Source of the DNA: an uncultured Hyphomicrobiales bacterium | GTDB taxonomy: Bacteria > Bacteroidota > Ignavibacteria > Kapaibacteriales > UBA2268 | Direction: 5' to 3' | DNA length: 64,000 nt | NCBI GenBank assembly: GCA_964464375.1 | Contig: CAYXFU010000016.1 | Location: forward strand, 15,074 to 79,073 | In this document: positions 48,745 to 57,900 of the stretch, piece after piece | Layout: each line of letters begins with the position of its first letter | How positions within the stretch are numbered: position 1 is the stretch's first letter | The notes under the pieces: generated by a model | Told to the model about the DNA's origin: nothing | What the model saw: only the letters and a program-made list of their open reading frames with translations | The model's database searches: none | Position numbers and translations under genes: made by a program

Positions 48745-49304
48745 TTTGTAACCTCTCCCAGGATTGGATGAACCGGTAGATCAATATCATCTGAAATATC
48801 ATCTAAAATATTATTATTCACTCCGAGTAGCTCTGCCAGTTGCTTCCTGCCACGATATAGTCGTTTCTTCAGTGCATCGAGCGAGCAGTCCTGTATCGTG
48901 GTAACTTCGAGCTGAGAGTAACCCATGAGATCGAACAGCACGATTGCTGTCTTCTGCTCGTGTGGCAACTGATCGAGAGCACGATACATCAGGGCAATAT
49001 CAGTAAGTGTTTCCGGAGAAACCGTGTCGGACACAAGCGAAGAGCAATCCCACTCATCGAGAGGGACGTTCCCGTTAGTCCGGAGCGACATTTTCTGATA
49101 CTGACGCGATGCAATTGTGAACAAAAAGCTTAAGAAAGCACCCGTGTGAGTCAATGAATCGAAAGCTGAATAAGCACCGGCAATGGTTTCCTGCAGTAAA
49201 TCCTTTGCCAGATCTCTATTCCTTGTCATCGATAGACAGAACCGCCAGAGATTGTCCCTCAGCGGATCGAACATATCAAGGAATATTTTTTGCTTATTTG
49301 TCAT
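48741..49304 (-). CDS. ECF-type RNA polymerase sigma-70 factor
   Basis: region 2 (LLQETIAGAYSAF) and region 4 HTH (GYSQLEVTTIQDCSLDALKKRLYRGRKQL). Confidence 0.75.
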   Translation of the reverse strand: MTNKQKIFLDMFDPLRDNLWRFCLSMTRNRDLAKDLLQETIAGAYSAFDSLTHTGAFLSFLFTIASRQYQKMSLRTNGNVPLDEWDCSSLVSDTVSPETLTDIALMYRALDQLPHEQKTAIVLFDLMGYSQLEVTTIQDCSLDALKKRLYRGRKQLAELLGVNNNILDDISDDIDLPVHPILGEVTK

Positions 49305-49445
49305 CCCGATTCATCCTGATTCAAATGATTTAGAAATTTCAGATGTACAAAAGGGTAAGTGCAAATTAATGGAAAAAGGGGGACAAATAATAGAAAAGTA
49401 ATTTTTGGGGGGATTTTATATTTTAGCTGTGGTGATTACAAAATG

Positions 49446-49536
49446 GTCATTCTGAGGGAGCGTAGCGACCGTGAGAATCCAGACTGTTTTACAAGAAAAT
49501 GCTAATACATGGATTCCTCACTTCGTTCGGAATGAC
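49446..49536. repeat. 91-nt GTCATTC...GAATGAC hairpin repeat (family A)
   Basis: gtcattctgagggagcgtagcgaccgtgag...cacttcgttcggaatgac. Confidence 0.65.
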
Positions 49537-49666
49537 CTCTTAAACAGACTTTTCATACAGGCTCATTTGCATGAATGAAGAATTTACTTACAGACTAAAG
49601 CTAATAATATAATTTGCGATTTCAATAATAATTCATTAAATTTGATAAAACAAAAGAAATGTACAA

Positions 49667-49984
49667 ATGGTTAAAATCCCTGAAGAAATAGCAGATAAAA
49701 TCAAAAGATTTATTGATTTGCTCGAGAAATCTCAAATTCACATCGAGCAGGCAATTCTTTTTGGATCTTATGCTAACGGCACCCAGAATAAATGGAGTGA
49801 CATCGATCTGGCTTTAGTCTCTTCGAATTTCGAAGGGAATAGATACTACGATTTAGACAAACTGACAGATGCTCAATTCATGGTTGATACTGATATATCG
49901 CCATTACCCTACCGACCGGAAGATTTCACAAATGATGATCTATTCGTAAGAGAAATTAACAAAAGTGGAATCCGAATCGTATAA
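49667..49984 (+). CDS. Nucleotidyltransferase-domain protein (MNT-type antitoxin-like), no adjacent HEPN partner
   Basis: LFGSYANGTQNKWSDIDLALV (GS-x9-DxD). Confidence 0.7.
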   Translation: MVKIPEEIADKIKRFIDLLEKSQIHIEQAILFGSYANGTQNKWSDIDLALVSSNFEGNRYYDLDKLTDAQFMVDTDISPLPYRPEDFTNDDLFVREINKSGIRIV

Positions 49985-50002
49985 ATTGACATCACAAGCT
50001 AA

Positions 50003-50212
50003 TTATTTAATATTTTTAAATTCTTCGAGACTAATACCTGCTTGTTTTAAGATTGCTCTGAATGTTCCTTCGGGGATGTCTTTTGAATGAATGGATACGT
50101 AAGTTTGTCTACCGTCGTTATGACGAAGAATAACATGAGAACCGGATTGCCTTTTCTTCTCAAATCCAATTTTTAGTAATTTAGCTAGGACTTCAATAGA
50201 TTTATACGGCAT
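50003..50212 (-). CDS. hicA: HicA-family mRNA interferase toxin
   Basis: YKSIEVLAKLLKIGFEKKRQSGSHVILRH.. Confidence 0.7.
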   Translation of the reverse strand: MPYKSIEVLAKLLKIGFEKKRQSGSHVILRHNDGRQTYVSIHSKDIPEGTFRAILKQAGISLEEFKNIK

Positions 50213-50441
50213 ACTCCTCTAAATCCAGGACTGAATAAAATGTTTCGTTAGGAATTGGAACTGGCTCATGATTCTCTCTTTTCTCTTCGATCCATAATGA
50301 AATCAGATCCTTCGCAGCTTCTAATGCTCCTTCAATTCCTTCACCATGGGTAGTTAGTCCTAAAGTAGGCACATGTGCATAAAAATATCCATCAGGAAAC
50401 TCTCCTTCGGATATTTTTTCTAATAATATTCCATATTTCAT
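50202..50441 (-). CDS. hicB: HicB-family antitoxin (UPF0150-like)
   Basis: YFYAHVPTLGLTTHGEGIEGALEAAKD; overlaps hicA by 11 nt. Confidence 0.6.
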   Translation of the reverse strand: MKYGILLEKISEGEFPDGYFYAHVPTLGLTTHGEGIEGALEAAKDLISLWIEEKRENHEPVPIPNETFYSVLDLEEYAV

Positions 50442-50491
50442 AACATACTCATAGATTATTCAGTTAGTTATAAGACACATATATTGAGTTT

Positions 50492-50998
50492 TTATTTAAT
50501 ACTCGCACCGAAGTTCAGCATAAAGAATCCGTTGGTTATTGTGTTAGATCGACCTAATGTCCTAAAAGTGCAGCCCAGCATAAGTTTTTTAACATATATC
50601 TGAAAACCTAAACCAAATATTGTTCCTGCATAATCATTAATATAAAATCCGTTTTGTCCCATGCTGATTCGTGTATATCCAACAAGAGCCTGAAGTGCGA
50701 AGCCTTTGTTCAACTGAAGGAAAAGACTAGGCTCGATGGAATACCAGCTGATATGTCCAAGAGATGCGATTATTCCGCTCATGCCGAATGGTCCTGATCT
50801 TGCTCCTAAAGCACATAAACCAAAATCATACTTCTTAGATCCTAAAATGCTAAATCCAAAATAGGCATTTCCTTTTATAGGTTTTTCGGTACTGTCGATG
50901 GCTTTTACTTTTGTGGGCTTTACCTGAAGATTCTCTGCAAATGACAGAGAAATGGAGGTAATAATAACTATTATAAGGATGCTGAGGTACTTCTTCAT
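50492..50998 (-). CDS. Small outer-membrane beta-barrel protein (OmpW/OmpA-like barrel)
   Basis: signal peptide; Gly/aromatic-rich alternating pattern. Confidence 0.4.
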   Translation of the reverse strand: MKKYLSILIIVIITSISLSFAENLQVKPTKVKAIDSTEKPIKGNAYFGFSILGSKKYDFGLCALGARSGPFGMSGIIASLGHISWYSIEPSLFLQLNKGFALQALVGYTRISMGQNGFYINDYAGTIFGLGFQIYVKKLMLGCTFRTLGRSNTITNGFFMLNFGASIK

Positions 50999-51196
50999 AA
51001 TTCTCCTGAATATGCTTATTCAATTATTCAAATAACTCAAATTTATTGAAATGATGTCTGCGTAACTATTTTATTTTATTTCAAATCTATTTGGGAAGAG
51101 ATTTCAATTTACATTTACTTTTTTTGTGATTTATACTTAATTTGTCTTTTTCCCAATGAACAAACCAAATATTAATATTATTATAAGGAGTAGAAA

Positions 51197-51856
51197 ATGG
51201 ATATTTATGTCGATACGGCTAATATAGGTCACATTCGCCATTGTGCTGAGCTTGGCTTCATTTCAGGTGTAACAACCAACCCATCGCTTTTGGCTAAGGA
51301 AGATCCAAGTGTGGACGTTAAACAACGAATCCTCGAGATATACGAACTTATCGGCGGACATCTTTCGGTCGAGGTTAATGCTCTCGACACAAAGGGAATG
51401 CTAAAAGAGGCAGAAGAAATTCTCAGCTGGTTCCCCGATGCAACGATTAAATTACCAATGCTTCCTGCAGGATTAGCAGCATGTAATGCACTATCAAAGC
51501 AGGAAATCCCGACAAATGTTACGCTCGTTTTCAGTCCTACTCAGGCAATCGCAGCTAACAATGCAGGTGCAACTTATGTCTCGGTGTTCATGGGCAGACT
51601 CGATGATATAGCAATTCCAAGCAGTGCTGTTCTCGAAGACATCTGCGATATATGGGACATTCAGGGCTATGAGTCACAGATTATCGCTGCATCGGTACGC
51701 CATCCGATTCACATGATCGAAGCAGCTAAAGCAGGCGCACACATCGCAACAGTTCCATATAACGTTATCATTCAATCGCTGAAACATCCATTGACAGATG
51801 CCGGAGTTGCAGCCTTCACAGCAGACTACGAGAAGATGAAAGCAGCGAGAAGTTAA
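51197..51856 (+). CDS. tal: Transaldolase / fructose-6-phosphate aldolase (Tal/Fsa subfamily)
   Basis: MDIYVDTANIGHI..GVTTNPSLL; ~219 aa. Confidence 0.8.
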   Translation: MDIYVDTANIGHIRHCAELGFISGVTTNPSLLAKEDPSVDVKQRILEIYELIGGHLSVEVNALDTKGMLKEAEEILSWFPDATIKLPMLPAGLAACNALSKQEIPTNVTLVFSPTQAIAANNAGATYVSVFMGRLDDIAIPSSAVLEDICDIWDIQGYESQIIAASVRHPIHMIEAAKAGAHIATVPYNVIIQSLKHPLTDAGVAAFTADYEKMKAARS

Positions 51857-51960
51857 TTAATAAAATCTTGATAAATGAAAACCTAATCCAATTCAGGTAA
51901 AGGACAGGCTATAATCGATTATTGAGTTTATAAAAAATTCAGATTATCGAATACGAAGCG

Positions 51961-52007
51961 TGGCTAATGCAGGAATCTCGAAAAACCAGAGGAGATTCCT
52001 GAATATA
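51961..52007. repeat. Hairpin of the repeat superfamily (gcaggaatctc..gagattcctg) between convergent genes, probable terminator
   Basis: 10-bp stem. Confidence 0.45.
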
Positions 52008-52020
52008 ATTTTGGAATTTT

Positions 52021-52680
52021 TTATTCCTTATAGTCATACTCGATATACTTAGCTGTTGCTCTGGCAACTTCTTTGCCAAATAATCGTCCGACTACATAGA
52101 GAGAGCCATCTATTCCGGCGGAAATTCCTGCTGTTGTAACAATTTTACCGTTATCGGTATATCTCTGCCCAGCTTGAACAAGAATCTTTGGATATTTCTT
52201 CTGAAGTCGGGTAGTTGCACCGTACCACGTTGTTGCTTTCTGCCCGTCGAGAATCCCAAGGTCTGCTAGTATGAATGCACCTGTGCAAACAGACATAGTT
52301 ATTTCTGTCTGCGTTGATACAGATTTTATCCAATCAGCTACAGATGAATTCTCTGTTGCAAGTTTTAAATTCCCGCCTGGTACAACAAGTATATCGGGTT
52401 TCGGACTATTTTCGATTGAATATTGTGGATTAATCGTAGTATTGGTATGGCTCTTAATGGGGGCAAGTGAGGGAGCGACCAGATACACCTCGAAAGCTGA
52501 AGTCGAATCGTTGATCATGGCATCATTGAATATTTCGAGCGGTCCGCAGAAGTCCAGAAGATAAACGCCATCGTAAATCAGGATTGCTACTGTCATCTTC
52601 TTATGTGATTGCTGAGCATTAATAACATTCATAAAGCCGGCTTGAATAATTATTAGCAAAGTTAAAAATATTGCTTTCAA
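52021..52680 (-). CDS. DJ-1/PfpI-family protein with signal peptide
   Basis: VCTGAFILADLGILDGQKATT nucleophile-elbow Cys. Confidence 0.7.
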   Translation of the reverse strand: MKAIFLTLLIIIQAGFMNVINAQQSHKKMTVAILIYDGVYLLDFCGPLEIFNDAMINDSTSAFEVYLVAPSLAPIKSHTNTTINPQYSIENSPKPDILVVPGGNLKLATENSSVADWIKSVSTQTEITMSVCTGAFILADLGILDGQKATTWYGATTRLQKKYPKILVQAGQRYTDNGKIVTTAGISAGIDGSLYVVGRLFGKEVARATAKYIEYDYKE

Positions 52681-52734
52681 TTTTAATCCCTTATTTTTAT
52701 ATAATTAATTTAAGAACTCACAGTTCAGACTACT

Positions 52735-52988
52735 TTACAGCTTTATAAACTTTCCGACTCTGTCCCCAGTCCTCACAAAATACATTCCAGGAGCCAAACC
52801 GGAGACATCGATTCTTGCTTTTTCCTCTCCTTTCCAAGGAGGGGTGTCACGATTGCGAAGCAACGGCGAAGCCCACTCCGGGGTGGTCTTGATTTCTCCA
52901 AGAACATTATATATCATCACCTCGCTTGTAAGGGCGAAGGACAGTTCGCCCCTACGGAAATTTCTATAAAATAAGAACTAGGATTGGG
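52735..52988 (-). pseudogene. Stand-alone frameshifted T9SS CTD cassette (..TPNPSSYFIEISVGANCPSPLQAR* then MMIYNVLGEIKTTPEWASPLL..GMYFVRTGDRVGKFIKL)
   Basis: two-frame translation gives a complete ~80-aa CTD with no gene body; ~150 nt near-identical to the 3' end of the 53712 gene; palindrome at 52927..52954. Confidence 0.6.
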
Positions 52989-52996
52989 AGTGACAA

Positions 52997-53308
52997 TTAA
53001 TTAATATCAATTCCGGTTCTCAGAATTTCCTGAATAAAAGGATCCCCTTTATAAAAATATTCAGTTGGGAATGTTTGTGCATCAATATCGAGATAGTTTT
53101 TTGTTATAGGTGCTATCATTAGAGCATTTTCGAATCTGTCACTCGTGAATTGACTTGAAACTAATGCCAGATCGATGTCTGTATTATCATTGTTTATATC
53201 TTTGGCAAGAGAACCAAAAAGAATTACCCGATCGAAAACCAAGTTGATTTTTCGGCATTCATCGATAAACTCCTTTGTTATATCTATTGCATTTTGTCTA
53301 GTAAGCAT
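52997..53308 (-). CDS. Nucleotidyltransferase (MNT antitoxin)
   Basis: ILFGSLAKDINNDNTDIDLALV. Confidence 0.7.
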   Translation of the reverse strand: MLTRQNAIDITKEFIDECRKINLVFDRVILFGSLAKDINNDNTDIDLALVSSQFTSDRFENALMIAPITKNYLDIDAQTFPTEYFYKGDPFIQEILRTGIDIN

Positions 53309-53676
53309 TTTCTGATTTCACCAGCTTTTTGAATTAATTCTTTTGTTTTTTCTGTGGTTGTTGTTTTGTAAATATTGCCCAAATAGTCGGGATATCGACC
53401 TTCCAGATTATAGACGTTGAATGCCTTTAGAAAAACAATCATATCGTCATCAAATTCAATATTAGTAAAAGATAAAAGTTTCACAATATCATGCGTTTTG
53501 GGAGGATAAATTTCATCAGTAAATCGTACATATATTGCTTTACTGATTTTTTCCATTGTCAAATGAACAAAAAATAATGCTTGTACAAATTTCCCGCCAT
53601 CCAATAATAAGGTTACTGATTCCCAGTCGCTTTGAGCAGAATCAATCCAATACGCAATATGTTCCTGTTTTGTCAT
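53284..53676 (-). CDS. HEPN-domain protein (toxin partner of MNT)
   Basis: size and helical pattern; 25-nt overlap with the NTase gene. Confidence 0.6.
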   Translation of the reverse strand: MTKQEHIAYWIDSAQSDWESVTLLLDGGKFVQALFFVHLTMEKISKAIYVRFTDEIYPPKTHDIVKLLSFTNIEFDDDMIVFLKAFNVYNLEGRYPDYLGNIYKTTTTEKTKELIQKAGEIRKCLLDKMQ

Positions 53677-53711
53677 ACTCGGTATACGAATATTTTCAAC
53701 TTATATTATTT

Positions 53712-54950
53712 TCAATATTTTATAAACTTCCAGATCTTATCCCCAATCCTCACGAAATACATACCCGGAGCCAAACCGGAGACATCGATTCTTGCTTTTT
53801 CCTCTCCTTTCCAAGGAGGGGTGTCACGATTGCGAAGCAACGGCGAAGCCCACTGCGGGGTGGTCTTGATTTCTCCAAGAACATTAAAGATTCTTATCTC
53901 AACAGATGGACTCCACTTGGCAAGTGGAGCCCATCTTGCCAAGTCGATTTCTATAAAGTCCGTGGCGGGATTAGGGAAAATATAATTATCTTTAACATTA
54001 ATATTATCATCAAATCCAGATTGTAGTGGTGAAGTTGCAACAACCAGATTATCGATCCACATAGTCTGTTCAATGGGAGAGCCATCGCCAATATAGGGAG
54101 CAATCAGGAACTGATTGAGCTTCATATCGGGGAATTGTGCTGTTCTGAATATAATATTATCATAACTTATCAAAATCTTGGAATCGTACCAGTATCTGAT
54201 CTTCCCGTCAGTAACTCCTTTACCGCCTTGAATACTATTCAGCTTAAAATATGCTTCCACATGATGCCAGTCATTCTTGTAGTTGAGTCCCTGTGCGTCT
54301 GTGAAATAAACTGTGTCGGCATCCCATATTCTTGCACTATAATAGTATCCACCGCCATAGTTGAAGCAATCGCTTCTATCGAAACCACCCTCGATACCAT
54401 TGCATGCGGCTATGGAACGATTCTCGGAGAACTTATAGCTATTAAAATCTCCATCGCAGCCGATAAAATTACCGTTGTTCTGCAAGATACACGTCTGATC
54501 TACATTCTTGCTGTCCTGAAGTGCAAGCAGGGGCTTACCCTCATTCTGTTCGATATATAAAGTTAGATGAGTGATTGCCGGACCGACATATTTATCATCA
54601 GCATTTGTCATAATATTAAATTCATGAGGATGATACGGCTTGTTCGAGCCTTCCCAGTTTGCACTATACTTCACCCAATAGCTTACGTAGAGTTCATCTG
54701 TTTCGGTGAACAGATGACGGCTGGGGGTCCCTGCGGCGCATCCTCTCTGCCCCTGCAGGAATTTACACTCGAAGCAGGCAGTACTCCCATTGATATGCTC
54801 AGCCGTTGAAATTGTCCCTTTAGACGCATCGTACCACCCACGCAAAGCAAAGTCATTATCATCAAAATTCTCAATAAAGAGAATGGTTTGAGCTAATAGA
54901 GCTACAAAACCAAAAGTGCTTATAAACAATATGATGAATAATGTTCTCAT
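53712..54950 (-). CDS. Secreted protein with T9SS CTD carrying two in-frame hairpins (WAPLAKWSP palindrome 53907..53931; cctctcctttccaaggagggg 53801..53821)
   Basis: signal peptide; C-terminus FPNPATDFIEIDLARWAPLAKWSPS..NVLGEIKTTPQWASPLLRNRDTPPWKGEEKARIDVSGLAPGMYFVRIGDKIWKFIKY. Confidence 0.55.
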   Translation of the reverse strand: MRTLFIILFISTFGFVALLAQTILFIENFDDNDFALRGWYDASKGTISTAEHINGSTACFECKFLQGQRGCAAGTPSRHLFTETDELYVSYWVKYSANWEGSNKPYHPHEFNIMTNADDKYVGPAITHLTLYIEQNEGKPLLALQDSKNVDQTCILQNNGNFIGCDGDFNSYKFSENRSIAACNGIEGGFDRSDCFNYGGGYYYSARIWDADTVYFTDAQGLNYKNDWHHVEAYFKLNSIQGGKGVTDGKIRYWYDSKILISYDNIIFRTAQFPDMKLNQFLIAPYIGDGSPIEQTMWIDNLVVATSPLQSGFDDNINVKDNYIFPNPATDFIEIDLARWAPLAKWSPSVEIRIFNVLGEIKTTPQWASPLLRNRDTPPWKGEEKARIDVSGLAPGMYFVRIGDKIWKFIKY

Positions 54951-54963
54951 AGGCTTTTCAACT

Positions 54964-57900
54964 TTATAACTTTATGAACTTTTGAACTGATGTTGCAATC
55001 CTAACAAAATAGACTCCTGACACTAATCCAGAGACATCGATCTTAACTCCCTCTACAAGAATGGAGAGGGTCGTGGTGAGGTTGATCTTTTTCCCATAAA
55101 TATTATAAATTTCAAAACTCAAACCTTCATCAATCTCGAATCCCTTCGCAAATACTATATTCAGCTCATCTATCACAGGATTTTCTGTAATTGTAAATTC
55201 AACAGGATTTATAAGTTGTATTCTGGCTATGTTAGGTTGACAGATGCCGGATACTTTGATGCTTCCATTTGTGATTTTGTTGATTATATCCTTGTCGCTC
55301 CATTCAAAATTTATTATTTCAATGGGTGTTATATCTCTATCCCCGATGAAGATCTGACCACAGATTTCACCGATTTTGGTTGGATTTTCTGTTAATTGAA
55401 TGTTGTCTCCGATCAGTTCTATTGTTCGTTTGCCGGATACTATTGTACCTTTGTTGGTTGTAGGGTTCATAACGGAAGCATCGAGTGTGATTACTGCTTT
55501 GTAGCTTACTTTGTCATCGTAAGGTTCGTTATCATCCTTCTTAGCCATTAGCGGAATGCAGAAATTCAGTTGTCCTATTTTTGCAGACATATCAGGTATC
55601 CAGACTGATGTGCTGATCTGTGTTTTGATGCTGTCTGACGCTGAGCCTTTGACTGCAATTAATAAAGACTGAACACACGGCTCGGTTATATCAATTATTA
55701 GTGAGTCCAGATATGATTTTGAATCAGTTGGCAGATAATCTATTTCGATATTTATTGATTCATTTTGAGCGAGTGTTTTTGGTGGCACAGGTGTTGGCTT
55801 AGCGGTGAAAGTATTTGCTTCAAGTCCCTTTATCTTTATGCTGAAGATTGTGACCTGTTGTGTATTTGTGTTCTTCAGTTCAATATTCTTTTTGCTTGTG
55901 GAGTTAACTTTCCTAGTACCGAAGTCAATATCAGTCAGCTGAATGACATCTGGTTTAAATTCAGTTATGGTGGTTGTTGCAGTTCCTTCGCATCCGTTAG
56001 TGTCGGTAACCGTCACGGAATAAATACCCGGATTTGATATAGAAATTGATTTTGTCGTTTCAGCTGTGTTCCAGAGATATGATTGAAAATCGTTTTGGAC
56101 AAGCAGGATGCTTGTCCTACCGGGACATAGGAATAAATCGCCTGATATTATCGGCTTTGGTTCTGCAACCTGAATTATATCAATTATTTCCGATGTTCCT
56201 TCGCATCCACCGTCATCTTTAACGTGAACTGAGTACTTTCCGGGTTTTGTGATCGTTATTGATTTTGTTGTTTCACCTGTGTTCCAGAGGTAAGATGTAT
56301 AGTTGTACTCTGTAGTTAGGTTCAAAGATCCATTTGGACAGAGAATTCCATTGTTACTAATTATCACAATTGGTTTCAGACTATCTACCAGTGTTACTTT
56401 CACTGTATCCGATATTGCTTTGCATCCGTTTATGTCAGTAACTTCTACATAGTAGTTTCCGGGTAGATTAACCGTTATGTTGTCTTCTGTGTTGCCTGTA
56501 CTCCAATTGTATGCGGTATATTTATCTTCTGTCGAGATGTTTAGTTTTGAGCCTGCACATAGTTCGGGGTTACGGCTCAGTTTAAGCTTTGGTGATATTT
56601 TGGGATAACTTTGAACGACTAAAGTGTCATATACCTCACAGCTACCGTTAATGCTTACCTTAACCCAATAAGTACCTGCTTTGTCTATGTCGATTTCTGA
56701 TGCTGTACTTCCATTTGACCACAAATATTTGTATGCATCATTTGGTGGCATTACTTTCAGTTTAGAGTTAATACCATCACATATCAAAGAATCACCCGAT
56801 ATATCAATGGTTATTGCTGGAAGCACATTTACCTCCACAGTGTCGCATCTGCTGCAGCCTGCATTATCAATTACGCAAAGAATATATTGGAATTTCCCGT
56901 TTGTATCCAAAGTTAGTTTGGGCGTTATAGAATTTGGATTGTCGAGTCCCTTAGACGGTGTCCATAAAATCGATTGAATTGGCTGAACACCACCGCTCAA
57001 CTGTCCTTTCAAATCGATTGTCGCATTGGTGCAGATATCAATATCAGGACCCGCAGAAATATTAATCTTTTGATGAATTCTAACAAAAAGCGAATCTGAT
57101 TTTGAACATCCGGCAGAATCAGTTACAGTTAATATATATTTCGTTGTCTTTTCCGGTGAAACGAGTGTGATTGCTGAATCAGGATCAACTATTCCTTCAG
57201 TTGGATTCCATTTATAGCGATATGGCGGAGTTCCTGATTTTGCTAAATTTCCTATAAATATCGATGAGCCGTAACAGATTGTTGTATCCTTGCCTGCCTC
57301 TATTTTAGGACCGATAACCTTTGCGACAAGGACTACAACCTTATTCCTGCCGCAACTATCGTAAACATCAATAAACTGAGTAAATGTTCCGGTATCTGCC
57401 GGAGCTGTAAATCTTACTTTTATTGCTTTAGTTTCATTAGCATTGAATTGTACAGAAGAAGGATTGCCCGATACGTAAGAAAACGGTGATTTTAAATCAT
57501 TAAAAGAAAATTTTGTACCAATAGTAGATTTGTTTTCTATATTAAAAATTGTGTCTTTTACAGAATTAGGGCATACAATTCCAAAATCAAGAGTATTAAA
57601 TCTCAATCCGCTTAACTTAAAAGATATACTGTCTTTAACTGCATTTAATGCAATACTAAATGGACTTTTAGGGGAATTATTTATAAGGTTTAAATTTGCA
57701 GATTTATTCCCCGATATTGATGACTTAAAACTAATTACAAACTTAGCAGAATCACCATACGGTATGATAATTGGCAATGCTGGTGAAATCAGAGAAAAGT
57801 CTGTAAAGTTAATTCCAGATGGATTTGAGTTTGATATTATTAGATCACAACCACCGGTATTCTTTACCCAAATAGAATCAAGCTCTGAATTTTCACAAAC

